From NCBI GenBank assembly GCA_043228905.1, contig JBHGNT010000002.1:8060001-8124000 (forward strand): DNA of 64,000 bases, given 5' to 3'. A program made the position numbers and the translations under genes. The DNA is from Azolla caroliniana. Taxonomy: Eukaryota > Plantae > Polypodiophyta. Positions 1 through 11,000 of this stretch are shown in pieces (position 1 is the first letter of the stretch; each line of letters opens with the position of its first letter). The notes under the pieces are model-generated. The model ran no database searches. It was not told where the DNA came from and worked only from the letters and a program-made list of their open reading frames with translations.

Positions 1-457
1 TGTTCGATTCATGTCTCTCGAATCTCGTCCAACCATCGCTGCTTCATTCAAGCGTTGTCTCTATCCAGCCCATCCATGCCCGTTTGGTTTGGTCATCATT
101 CGGCCCTCCGGTCGTTTGTCTTCCTGGCCATGTCTGACCGGTCATATGTGGATAGAAATGCACTCTCATCTTTGGAAGATACGGCTTGTGATGGTTAGGT
201 CTCTCTCTCCTTTGCACTTCCATTGCTAACCCATAGATCATAAACTTCTGTTCGTCTTTCTTTTGCGATCAACTACACGCAAATTGTTAACACCATTTCT
301 CATTCCTCGACTTCGTTTAGTATATCGTGACCACCATTTGCAGCACATCATTGATTTGATTTCTTGCACATTATCTTTACCATTATCGCACATTTCGTCG
401 TTGTTGTCTCTGCCACGTATTAATCTTCGACTTCGTCTCCAAAGGGGGGTCGCCTTA

Positions 458-467
458 GTGGTCGCCA
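458..467 (-). promoter_or_regulatory. Primer-binding site (tRNA-Arg-like) of a minus-strand LTR element whose internal region runs off the window start
   Basis: The minus strand reads TGGCGACCAC, 5 nt after an LTR end (...CCTATAACA). This is complementary to a tRNA 3' end ...GTGGTCGCCA. Confidence 0.55.
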
Positions 468-478
468 AAAGGTGTTAT

Positions 479-611
479 TGTCAGGAACTCTATTAAGGCA
501 GAGAAGGAATTAGTACTAAAAGAAGGATTAGTACTATTGTCGGGGAATAGTACTAAGACAGAGAAGGATTAGTACTATGAGAGGTGTCGAACTTTGAGAG
601 AAGGAATGAGT

Positions 612-663
<52 letters not shown>

Positions 664-953
664 TGATGCGAAAGATATATGTATTATATGAAGGAAGATA
701 TACAACAGTGGTTAGAAGGCTTAAGACTGGCGTTGAACCGATTTGGTTCGAACTAATGCCTTGCGCCTCCTTTTATAGTGTCTTCAGGAATACTCCTGAA
801 GTTTCTAGAATGTTCCAGAGAAATCTGGAATATACATCAATTTCCTAATAAAACCTAAATGAAAATAATATCCTTCAAATTACAATTCATAACCTAATGG
901 TAAAGTCTCGACCCGTGTAACAAAAGGTTATGGGTTCGAGTCTAGTTATGACA
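479..953 (-). repeat. 3' LTR of chromovirus 1
   Basis: Direct repeat of 5803-6273, adjacent to the polypurine tract. Confidence 0.97.
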
Positions 954-3900
954 CTATCCCCCCTTTAAAACGACGAGTTCCACGAGTCGTTTTGGATTGA
1001 GGACCCGGTTTCTCGGGATATCGTCGATGGAAGTCTTCTAGAAGAGCACGAGCATTGGTCACATTCTCGATCGGTTCCCAAGTACGCTCGCTGGGACTAT
1101 ATCCTAGCCAATCGACTAGATAGTAGAGCTTGTTGCGAACAATCTTGGAATCGAGGATGGCAGCGACCTCATACTCAGGTCCATCTTCGAGCTCGATAGG
1201 AGGTGGTGGTTGTATAGTACGTCCTGGGATAGTGCTCTCGTGATAGGGTTCGAGGAGAGAACTATGAAACACCGGATGTATCCGAAGTTGCGGAGGTAGC
1301 TCGAGACGAAAAGCGACATCATTAATCTTCCCGATAATACGGAAAGGACCTAATCGCCGATAATCCAACTTCTCACATGGGCGAGTAGTCTTGATGTGTC
1401 GTCGTAGCAGCCACACCCGATCTCCAATGTTAAAACTGGATGGAAGTCGATGACGATCTGCGTAGTCCTTGTGTGATTGTTGAGCTTGCTGGAGTTGAGT
1501 AGATAAATCCGCTTGTATCTTGCGTAACCGCTCCAAACGATCCTCCGCGCAAGGATTTGTGGACACTTCTGGGGTTTCAAGGACACACCACCGGGGATGA
1601 TATCCTGTATAAGCGTAGAATGGCGTGACTTTAGTCGATGCGTGGATAGCGTTATTATAGGCAAATTCGGCGAACTGAAGAATATCTGCCCAGTCATTCT
1701 GATGATAGTTGAGAAAGCACCGCAGATACTGCTCCAGTGTCTGATTTGTTCGTTCGGCTTGACCGTCGGTTTGTGGGTGGTAGCCGGAGGAGAGGTTACA
1801 AGTGACCTTCAGCATTTTAAAAAGGTGCTTCCAGAATTTTGACACAAACTGGGGTCCACGATCGCTGATGATATTATCAGGGAGTCCATGATGCCGACAT
1901 ACTTCCCGCATGACAATTTCGGCGGTGTCTTCACTAGATATTTCTTTAGTACATGGTAAGAAATGAGCCATCTTCGTATATCGATCCACCACTGTGAGAA
2001 TCGCACTGAATCCCTTAGAGACTGGAAGATCTGTAATGAAGTCAAGAGCAATGGATTGCCATGGCTTGCTTGGAATTGGTAATGGTTCTAATAAACCATA
2101 TGGATGATGTCTTGGCATTTTCGCTCTGCAGCATGTATCGCAAGTCCGAACAAAATCTTCGACAAATTGTCGCATACGGGGCCACCAGAATGATCGTTGT
2201 ACTAAATCTAATGTTTTAGTACTACCAAAATGTCCTGCTGTATATGTGTCATGGCAGTTTTGTACTACTCGAAGGCGGCAAGAACCATTAGGAACATACA
2301 AAAGTTCTTTAAAGAAGAGTAATCCATCACAGTATTTGAATTGCCGATAATCCGTACCTGGTGATTGTGATTGTGAACATGACGCTCGAGAGGGGTCAAT
2401 TTGTGCTAGTATAGCTTGGGCGAAAGCGTCAGTCTTCAAGTCCTCACGTATAGTATTGGTAATGTCGGAATCCACGGGCATGTCAAAGACCTGTGCTGCT
2501 TGCAGTCGTGCTGGACCCAAGATTACTTGCTTCTGGTTATCGAAAGCTGGCTCACCGGGACGTGGTGTTAGATACGAACGCCGTGATAATGCATCTGCCT
2601 TCCCTTGGTGCTTCCCCGGACGATATGTAATTTTGAAGTCGAAGCGTGTGAGGAAGTGGGCCCACCGAGCTTGACGTCGATTCAGTACACGAGCATCTTG
2701 AAAGTAGGCAAGGTTCTTGTGGTCACTGAATACAGTGACCTGATGAGGAGATCCCTCCAGGAAATGCCTCCATTGCATAAAAGAATCAACTATTGCTAAT
2801 AGCTCTTTATCATGAATTTCGTAGTTGATTTCGGCGGCGTCAAACTTACGGGAGTGGAAAGCCACAGGATGTAGCTTCTCGTCGTTACCTTGTTGTGACA
2901 GAATGCTCCCCAATGCGAAATCCGATGCGTCAGCTTCGATAATGAATGGTTTTTCCGGATCCACATGACCTAAAATTGGAGCTGATGTAAACGCCTTCTT
3001 AAGACTCTCGAAAGCCATGTCCGTCTCTTTAGACCAGATGAATGATTGTCCCTTCCTGGTGAGCTGTGTGAGAGGCAGCACAATTTTTGAGTAATTTTGT
3101 ATGAACTTCCGGTAAAAATTTGCAAAGCCTAGGAAGCATTGCACATCCCGCACCGAACGCGGAGTGTGCCATTCTATCACCGTTTTGACCTTGGCTGGGT
3201 CCATAGATATGCCTTCTGAGGAGATGACATAGCCGAGAAACTCCACTTGGTTGCACCCGAAACTACATTTCTCTAACTTTGCATACAGACCATGTTCTCG
3301 AAGTCGTTTTAGTACTAATAGTACATGAGAATCATGTTCTTCTTGGGTCTTTGAATAAACCAGTAGATCATCCAAATAGATGATCAAAAAATCATCCAAG
3401 AGATCTCGAAATATATCATTCGCCATGTGCTGGAAGACTGCCGGCGCATTAGTGAGTCCGAACGGCATGACCGTATACTCGAAGTGCCCATATCTGGTGC
3501 GAAACGCGGTCTTCCATTCATCTCCTGGTCGGATCCGTACGAGGTTATAGGCTCCTCGTAAGTCGATCTTCGTGAAGAACCTGGCACCGTTGATCCGTTC
3601 TAAAAGACTTGAGATAAGGGGAAGAGCATACCTATTTCTTACTGTGACCTTATTCAAGCCACGGTAATCTACAACGAGTCGAAGCGAGCCATCTTTTTTC
3701 TTGACGAAGAAAATGGGTGCGCCGGCTGGAGATTTCGAATGCCGAATGAAACCGTTCTCCAAATTCTCCTCTATATAGGCTCGAAGGACTTCTAGCTCGG
3801 TTGGTGACAAATTGTAGATCGGCCCCCATGGCGGCTCTTTTCCCGGTTGTAAGTCGATGGCGCAATCGTACGGCCGATGATGAGGAAGTGTGTTGGCTTG

Positions 3901-4542
3901 TACTTTATCGAACACATCAGCATACTGATGATACTTCTCGGGAAGTTGAACGGTGGACTCCTCTTTGGTGGTGCTGGAGGGTTGTACTGATATTGCGAAG
4001 AGAAACATTTCCTCCTTGCGCCCTTCCTCACGCAACTGACGTAGCGAAATGGTTGCAACCTTCTGGGTAGATCCTTGGGTTTGTCGCAACTGGATTTCCC
4101 TTGTCCTCCAATCTATGTCTGGGTTATGTAACTCGAACCATGGTAATCCTAAAACTATGGGATGTTCTGGAATACTAATAATATTAAATGATACTACACA
4201 TGTTAAGTTATCTAGGACAATATTAACGGGTTCCGACTCTTCTATGATATTACCAGAAGCAATGGGACGACCATCAATGACTACTACTGAGGCTGGACAT
4301 GGGAGCTTTCTGAGAGATATCTGATGAGCTCGGGCAAAATTCCTATCCATGAAGCAAGAATTAGCTCCGGAATCTAGAAGGGCTAAGGTATGTACTGGAG
4401 GGGTACTTTTAGTACTAACTGCTACTTGGGCTACGAACACATCACTAACTTGCTTAGAGGGAATGGAACCACTAATGGGCTGCACAGATCTAGGGCTGTC
4501 CAACCAAACGGCTCCTATTTTGGCTGGACTTAGTCGTTTAAC
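946..4542 (-). CDS. pol: Pol polyprotein (PR-RT-RNaseH-integrase-chromodomain), expressed by -1 frameshift from gag
   Basis: Motifs: LLDSGA (protease), YLDD (RT), EADASDFALG (RNase H), HDTYTAGH..CDTC, LDFI/SDRG/QAER (integrase), GPF and EYEVAAILDS..YLVDWLGY..TWEP (chromodomain). The frame is open back to the slippery site at 4536-4542. Confidence 0.95.
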   Translation of the reverse strand, partial: VKRLSPAKIGAVWLDSPRSVQPISGSIPSKQVSDVFVAQVAVSTKSTPPVHTLALLDSGANSCFMDRNFARAHQISLRKLPCPASVVVIDGRPIASGNIIEESEPVNIVLDNLTCVVSFNIISIPEHPIVLGLPWFELHNPDIDWRTREIQLRQTQGSTQKVATISLRQLREEGRKEEMFLFAISVQPSSTTKEESTVQLPEKYHQYADVFDKVQANTLPHHRPYDCAIDLQPGKEPPWGPIYNLSPTELEVLRAYIEENLENGFIRHSKSPAGAPIFFVKKKDGSLRLVVDYRGLNKVTVRNRYALPLISSLLERINGARFFTKIDLRGAYNLVRIRPGDEWKTAFRTRYGHFEYTVMPFGLTNAPAVFQHMANDIFRDLLDDFLIIYLDDLLVYSKTQEEHDSHVLLVLKRLREHGLYAKLEKCSFGCNQVEFLGYVISSEGISMDPAKVKTVIEWHTPRSVRDVQCFLGFANFYRKFIQNYSKIVLPLTQLTRKGQSFIWSKETDMAFESLKKAFTSAPILGHVDPEKPFIIEADASDFALGSILSQQGNDEKLHPVAFHSRKFDAAEINYEIHDKELLAIVDSFMQWRHFLEGSPHQVTVFSDHKNLAYFQDARVLNRRQARWAHFLTRFDFKITYRPGKHQGKADALSRRSYLTPRPGEPAFDNQKQVILGPARLQAAQVFDMPVDSDITNTIREDLKTDAFAQAILAQIDPSRASCSQSQSPGTDYRQFKYCDGLLFFKELLYVPNGSCRLRVVQNCHDTYTAGHFGSTKTLDLVQRSFWWPRMRQFVEDFVRTCDTCCRAKMPRHHPYGLLEPLPIPSKPWQSIALDFITDLPVSKGFSAILTVVDRYTKMAHFLPCTKEISSEDTAEIVMREVCRHHGLPDNIISDRGPQFVSKFWKHLFKMLKVTCNLSSGYHPQTDGQAERTNQTLEQYLRCFLNYHQNDWADILQFAEFAYNNAIHASTKVTPFYAYTGYHPRWCVLETPEVSTNPCAEDRLERLRKIQADLSTQLQQAQQSHKDYADRHRLPSSFNIGDRVWLLRRHIKTTRPCEKLDYRRLGPFRIIGKINDVAFRLELPPQLRIHPVFHSSLLEPYHESTIPGRTIQPPPPIELEDGPEYEVAAILDSKIVRNKLYYLVDWLGYSPSERTWEPIENVTNARALLEDFHRRYPEKPGPQSKTTRGTRRFKGGIVS
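4491..4542 (-). promoter_or_regulatory. -1 ribosomal frameshift signal (G TTA AAC plus stem-loop/pseudoknot)
   Basis: Heptamer at 4542-4536, a 6-nt spacer, then an 11-bp stem GTCCAGCCAAA/TTTGGTTGGAC. Loop TAGG can pair with downstream CCTA. Confidence 0.8.
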
Positions 4543-5699
4543 TCTTCTTCTAATTGGCTAAGGATATCAAATTTGTTTGCGAGATTCGGACTATTAGTAC
4601 TATTAGGACTATTATGACTATGAGGACTATCAGAGATTCCTACTGAAATAGACTCGGGTTTAGTATAGTCAGAACTAACAACGACTTGGTTTACCTGCCT
4701 TCTTGGTCTATGGGGACAGTTTATCGCGATATGCCCTGGTCCACCGCAATAAAGGCATAATCGGTTTGTTCGGCGTCGTTGCTTTTCCTCCTCCGATAGC
4801 GGCCCACGACGACGTGTAGTGTCAATTTCCATTGGAGTTGGAGTACTTACTGGAGGCGCATTATGTGACTCCCTTTGAAAAGGTTTCGCTACCACTGAGG
4901 CATAGGTAGGCTCGGATCTTGCCCTCGGCATCTGAAATTGTCGTTCCGAACGTCGCTCGAAGAGGCGGTTGTCACATCTGACCGCTCGACTGATTGCTTC
5001 TGTTAATGATTTTGGCTCTTCAGGGAAAGTCAAGAGTAAATCCTTGACATCGTTGCGTAGACCATAGCGGAACTGCTCCATCAATGCTTGATCATCCCAG
5101 GGGATATCGGCGGCGAGTAGGCGGAAATCTGCAGCATATGCGGAGGCTGGACGGTCACCTTGGCGTAATCGCCGGATTTTATTGATTGCAGTCCTTATGC
5201 TGTCAGTATCTCCAAAACATGCTTTAAACTCACTTATGAATTCTTCAAAATTATTTAGTACTGGAGATTCCTTTTCTAGTAGCGGAGCGAACCATGCTAA
5301 TGCTGAGCCATTTAACAACGTGCCTACTAAACCCACTCGTGATGCATCGGTGGGATATCGGGACGGATGCATTTGAATAACTAACTGTACCTGGTTAAGA
5401 AACCCTCTAAACTGCGATCGCGTTCCATCGAACTTCGTGGGAAGGCCAATCTTGGGTTCTTTATGAATCCCTTGTGCTCCGTGCCCTTGTTGTTGCATTG
5501 CTACGATGGTTGCTTCGAGTTGTTGCACGCGTAACGCAAGTTCCCCATGCTGTTGTTGCGTTTGCTGCTTTTCTAAGGAAATTTGCTGAAGATCCCCCAA
5601 CAAGCGTTGATTTTCTTGTTCCAAAGCATGAAACTTCTCTTTCAAGCATTGAAATTCCGAGAAAACGGATTGATACTCTTCAGCGCTAACGGTGGCCAT
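4530..5699 (-). CDS. gag: Gag (coiled coil, capsid, CCHC zinc knuckle)
   Basis: 389-aa ORF with PTKFDG, RLRQGDRPASAYAADF, PMEID and CLYCGGPGHIAINC. Confidence 0.95.
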   Translation of the reverse strand: MATVSAEEYQSVFSEFQCLKEKFHALEQENQRLLGDLQQISLEKQQTQQQHGELALRVQQLEATIVAMQQQGHGAQGIHKEPKIGLPTKFDGTRSQFRGFLNQVQLVIQMHPSRYPTDASRVGLVGTLLNGSALAWFAPLLEKESPVLNNFEEFISEFKACFGDTDSIRTAINKIRRLRQGDRPASAYAADFRLLAADIPWDDQALMEQFRYGLRNDVKDLLLTFPEEPKSLTEAISRAVRCDNRLFERRSERQFQMPRARSEPTYASVVAKPFQRESHNAPPVSTPTPMEIDTTRRRGPLSEEEKQRRRTNRLCLYCGGPGHIAINCPHRPRRQVNQVVVSSDYTKPESISVGISDSPHSHNSPNSTNSPNLANKFDILSQLEEELND

Positions 5700-5788
5700 G
5701 GGATGAAGGAAAAGGGGAATAAGAGACTAATAGGAAAGGAGGGAGACAGAAGGAAGAGGGAGAGAAAAGACCAGACAGGCACCGAGGA

Positions 5789-5802
5789 AAATCGGTTCAA
5801 AC
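5789..5802 (-). promoter_or_regulatory. Self-priming PBS (non-tRNA)
   Basis: TTGAACCGATTT is complementary to AAATCGGTTCAA in the LTR (6064-6053), 33 nt downstream of TATAAAA. Confidence 0.8.
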
Positions 5803-5935
5803 TGTCAGGAACTCTATTAAGGCAGAGAAGGAATTAGTACTAAAAGAAGGATTAGTACTATTGTCGGGGAATAGTACTAAGACAGAGAAGGATTAGTACT
5901 ATGAGAGGTGTCGAACTTTGAGAGAAGGAATGAGT

Positions 5936-5983
<48 letters not shown>

Positions 5984-6273
5984 TGATGCGAAAGATATAT
6001 GTATTATATGAAGGAAGATATACAACAGTGGTTAGAAGGCTTAAGACTGGCGTTGAACCGATTTGGTTCGAACTAATGCCTTGCGCCTCCTTTTATAGTG
6101 TCTTCAGGAATACTCCTGAAGTTTCTAGAATGTTCCAGAGAAATCTGGAATATACATCAATTTCCTAATAAAACCTAAATGAAAATAATATCCTTCAAAT
6201 TACAATTCATAACCTAATGGTAAAGTCTCGACCCGTGTAACAAAAGGTTATGGGTTCGAGTCTAGTTATGACA
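5803..6273 (-). repeat. 5' LTR of chromovirus 1
   Basis: Direct repeat of 479-953; TATA box at ~6091-6097 on the minus strand. Confidence 0.97.
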
Positions 6274-6802
6274 GTTATAGGTTTTAGGGTTAATGATGAT
6301 AATGATAAAGATAGGAATAGGGTTAACAATCATGGTAGATTGATAATGTATGCATGATGATGGTGAGAGATCATGACGTGCATCAAGAAGCATTGCCCAT
6401 CGTTGTCATGATGGAGATAAGCATTGTGGAATGGTGGAGATGGTGAATGGTATGACGGTGAGAGAGAACATGAAGAACAAGACAAGCATTGAGGGGTGGG
6501 GGGTGGTGCCTACAATGGCTCCACCCCCCTCCCAAGGGGGTTCAACGCTAAGGGGGAGAGAAAAATGTCAAAGAGAGAGAGAGAGAGAGAAATATGGTTA
6601 TTGTTGTATTCATTCATTCCCCATAAGGGGTTAAATAGTACAAGAGGGGGTAGATACATAGGGGTGTAAGCCCCCTCGAGCATTCATATTGGACACTCAC
6701 TCACACCTCTTGGTATCCATCCACATGCACACACGTGTGCATGTGTTCACATATGTATAGACTCATAATTACATTTATGCCCCCTACACATACACAACAA
6801 CA

Positions 6803-7834
6803 TCATGATAACATTCGACCCTCGCTCATCACACGTGACTCTCCATACATCTCGTACGGGGTAACATTGACTAGGATCTCCTGATGAACTTTCTTGTGCA
6901 GCCTCATGCAGTCATCGTACAAGTCGGCTCGTACATGCTTCAGCTTGACCTTGCCTTTGACTTTAGGCATTGTATATACTGTCATCCAGTCTACATCACT
7001 GATCAATTTATCACTTAGGACAACAGGGTCAACACCCTCGAGTGACAGACCATAGGTGTTGTGGAAGTCCTCCTTTGTCTCGCAAAATTTTGTGAAGTTT
7101 AGCACTCTTGGATACGGAGGAATGAGCCATCTGAAATATCATTTTAGAAATAAAAAATAGTGCAAAATCAGAATATGTTAGAATTAGAAACCCCAATCAA
7201 CAACAACAAAAATAGTTCAAAATCATTAACTTAGCAAATCAGAAACCCTAATCATAATTTGTATTCAGAAATTTGAAATCAGAAACCCTAATCAAAATCT
7301 GTAATCAGAAGTTTGAAATCAGAAACCCTAATCAAAATCTGTATTCAGAAGTTTGTAACCAGAAACCCTATTCAGAAATTCTAATCAGAAATTTATAATC
7401 AAAAACCCTAATTAGAAATTTCAATCAAAAACCCTAACCCGAAATTTCAATCACAAACCCTAATCAGAAATTCTAATCAGAAATTTATAAACAAAAACCC
7501 TAATCAGAAATTTCAATCACAAACCCGAATCATCACTAAAGACAGGATTAAACACAAAAAAAGTAATATAAACACACATGCTGCTACTCCCCGATCTGCG
7601 AGACATCCTTGTATGGGACTCCAAGGACTTCGCCCTATTCGATTTTGGGGAAATATGAATCGGCACCAAAGTTCAGACAATAGTCAAAAAGAAAAAACAA
7701 ATGTTTGGGGTTTATGTAACTGAAACATACCTGGACGATGATCGAGCGGGTTCTGTGTTGTAGCTCTCAATCTGCAATGTTGATTTTCTACTGCTGCGGG
7801 AGCTACGTCTGCGTTCGTGCTCTGAGTACTCCAT
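6803..7834 (-). CDS. Two-exon ORF of unknown function inside the CACTA end (exons 7834-7731 and 7130-6803, ~143 aa)
   Basis: Donor AG|GTATGT and acceptor TTTCAG join in frame to give MEYSEHERRR...SSSR-WLIPPYPRVLNF. Confidence 0.5.
7235..7530. repeat. Degenerate tandem repeat built on AGAAACCCTAATC (telo-box-like), intronic
   Basis: About eight copies of (A)AACCCTAA/AAACCCTA with TCAGAAATTT linkers. Confidence 0.8.
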
Positions 7835-8062
7835 CTGCGTTCAAAATCAAACTTAGGCTAAATAGGAAATTGATGACATTGAAGTTCACCTTAGATGATG
7901 GTGCTATTCCCCAAGTTCCACTACGTCTGAAACAGAAGTTCAAATATTTGAGTTTTTTCATAAATTAGTTTTTCAAATATTTAATTTTCCCACAAAAAAG
8001 ACTAGCTAAACAAATAGCTAATTAGCTATGGCCATTTTAGTAGCTAAGTAGCTATAATAGTG

Positions 8063-11000
8063 TTTCCACTCGCATGCTTTTACCCTACTATTTTCTTCTA
8101 TTTCTTCATGTTCATTGAATCTAGTACTCTATACGTTTCTCACGTAGTGTACGAAATACACTACGACACTCACCACCTTTGAACCCGCACATCGTCCGCT
8201 ATGTGCCGAAGTTGTTGGAGCTCGTTATTCTCCTTCATTCGTGGTACCCTCAGTCTCTTCCCCTATGTCAATTATTAATTCTAGCACACTTTCATTGCTT
8301 TCCGAACCTTCGTAACTTTTGTCCGATTGTTCCTTTGTATCGGTGTTGTTGAAACTAACATAGGGTTCGTTGTCACTTCGCTTCTTAAAAATCTTCACTC
8401 ATTTCCCCGCTACAAGTACCCGTATTACTGTCTCGTCCAACTCACATAATTGGTATGTTCCATTATCGAATACCTTCCGAACTCCGTATGGTCCAACTAT
8501 GATGATGTTCCAAACTACTGCCGTAGACTATCACCCAATCCCCTTCTTCAATCTTTCGTGGTTGTAGATGGTTCTTTGTGTCCAATTGTCTTTTGTTCCG
8601 GAATCGTGCTTCTTGTTGTCGACGTATCACTTTCGTTACGTCTTCCGGTCTTTCCTCAAGCTGTCATATCCGGATCGCTAGTAGTTCTTCCCGACTCATC
8701 TCTTCCATCCATAGTAGTACTGCCCATGTTGCAATTGCGGTTTCCATAGGCATTATCGGCGTTTGTCCGGTCATAAGTTCTGTCGGCATATAACCGGTCA
8801 TGGAACTATGCGTTGTGTGATCCGCCCATAGTGCATATGGAAGTATCTGTGGCCAATTCTTCACTCTTCCGTCACATGCTTTCACAAGTGCTTTCATGAT
8901 TGGACTATGTCCTCGTTCGATCTTCTCGTTTACTTTTGGATTGGATGCCGTGGTTAGTGTCAACTGAACTCCATGTTTAGCGAAGAATTCCCTGGCTTTA
9001 TCGGAATCAAGTTCTCCCCAATCCACAATTACTTGTCCTACACACGCATGTACTTGTAGAACACTTCTTCCAAGAGAAATTGGCATACTGCAGAACATGT
9101 TTTTCTTCGTAACCCCTGACCCTCTACTTGGTTCGTCAGATCCTCCCGAGCTAGCACCAAGTACTCCTTTTGTCCGATCCCTGTTGGCATGGCCATGATG
9201 TCGACCATCCAATTAAAATTGATTGTCGGTGAGAATGTCGGATGTAATTCATCTCGGTGTAGAACTCAGGAGTAGATTTGGCATTTCTCACAGCTTCTCG
9301 TAAACTCCGCTACATCTTTGTACATATTCTTCCACCAATATTTTGTTTGACCTTTGCAAATATTGCCCACATTCCCGATGTCCAGCCCAAACAAATTCGT
9401 GAAATTTGGATATTATTTGTTTCTGTTGTTCCTTTCGGCCAACTACCCATAGTGGTATGCCATCCGGTCTTTTCGACTCCCTCTAGATTAATCCATCGTC
9501 TAAGAAGAACTTGCCAACTTGTCATTTCTTCCATCAAATCTTGGCTCTATTGTCTTTATGGTCTGATCATTCCTTGATTTCTTATAGAACCTTACTGATT
9601 AGTAAGATTTCTCCTTCGTACGCGTCATCCCGGAACTCCCGAATTATGTTCACCCGAGATATATGCCTCGAAGTAAAGTAATTTTCAAAAACTTCTTCAT
9701 TATCCTTTTCGATTACATCATCTCTGAACCGTGCTCTTGATAATATATCTGCTACCGTGTTGTCTTTTCCAGAGATGTGTCAGATATCTGGATTAAGTGA
9801 CTTTACATATGCAATCCATCTTAGCATAACAACATCCGGTATCGTGCAACATCGCATCATCCCTTATATCGGACGACAATCCATTTCGATCACTACTTCG
9901 GCTCCAATCCAAATATCCCGATCTGATTTTATCGCCGACATGACTCCCCATAATTCTCTTTTAACTTGTGCATATCCACATTGCCTCATCCTTTTCTTCC
10001 ACCCTACATCCTTTCATCGGAATGTCATCTAGGAACGACATTGTTATCTCCGGAATGCAGTCTCAGAGCACCTTGTTCATCGCATTCATCATATGTGGGA
10101 CCAAGTTTGTTGCTCCTTGTGGTAGCATGCACATCCGAACTAATTCTAGCTAGTTGGAATTGGTCATACCCGGAGTATAGGTCTCCAATGGAGTATATCG
10201 CGTGTCCGGCAAATGCTTCTGGAAATTCATCCACTATCAGAACAACTCCGGAGTTTCGGATCGTGACTTTATTCACTAGTTGTAAATCTTGAATGAACTG
10301 GAGTGACCCATTCTTTTTGGGAACTGTAAACCATCGATTTGAGTATGGAGCGTTTGATGGCTCTAGAATCCCCATCACCATCTTTTCTTTGAGCAGTTCA
10401 ATGATTTTCGGAATATGTGCCCGTGGCACCGGAATTGGCTTCAAGTTCCACAACCCATGATCAATCGTGAAGATCACCATCGGCTCCACAATCCGGAGTT
10501 TCTTTCGGGTCTCATTGGTAAATGTATGTTCAATATCCATGGACTTCCGAAGTGTGGGATCTTCCGAGACTTCTTTCATCTTTTGTTCACTATTGGCAGG
10601 TAACGGTCCCGCATATGGTTTCACCTTTCTTTTCACGGTCGTATATTTCATACATACCATTGCTTCTTCTTTGCGGAGCGCATCCGGCTCCATTTCCACA
10701 ATGATCTTGTACATCTCGACCGATGCCACCATAACTACCCGGTCTTCATGGTGATTCTCTTCTTCAAGGTCTTCAAGCCTTTATAGTGTGCTTCCACAGA
10801 ACACTTCTTCAATTAATCCAGTGATTTCTTTGTCTTCTTTTATGATTGATGCAGACCGTAACTCATCTTGCACCTTTTGGAATTCTTTCTTCATTACTCT
10901 GGTTACGGCTGTGTATGTAGATGCCCCATCCATACTGATTCATACTTGTTTTGCTCCAAGAGTTTTGTTCCTGTGTGGGGTATCAGGGCTTCTCGGACTA

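Larger units (their letters stand above)
479..6273 (-). mobile_element. Intact Ty3/Gypsy chromovirus (Tcn1/Tf1-sushi-like) LTR retrotransposon
   Basis: LTRs at 479-953 and 5803-6273 (TG...CA) differ by eye only by 4 nt in a (GA)n tract. TSD GTTAT lies at 474-478 and 6274-6278, and the PPT at ~954-970. Both gag and pol are open. Confidence 0.97.
473..6802 (-). mobile_element. 5' LTR (~530 bp net) of the tRNA-Arg-primed element, split by the chromovirus at 479-6273
   Basis: TG...CA termini (473 TGTTAT; ...ACAACA 6802). The minus strand has TATTTAA at ~6630-6638 followed by (CT)n, and the PBS is adjacent. Confidence 0.5.
6803..8062 (-). mobile_element. CACTA (En/Spm) DNA transposon end
   Basis: The minus strand starts CACTA at 8062, followed by a cluster of TAGCTA subterminal repeats (8003-8054). 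It truncates the Gypsy LTR at 8063. Confidence 0.6.

Noticed and set aside
4321-4345. Hammerhead core CTGATGAG (also at ~63906)
   Set aside because: There are no flanking helices or correctly placed GAAA, and the first lies within protease coding sequence.
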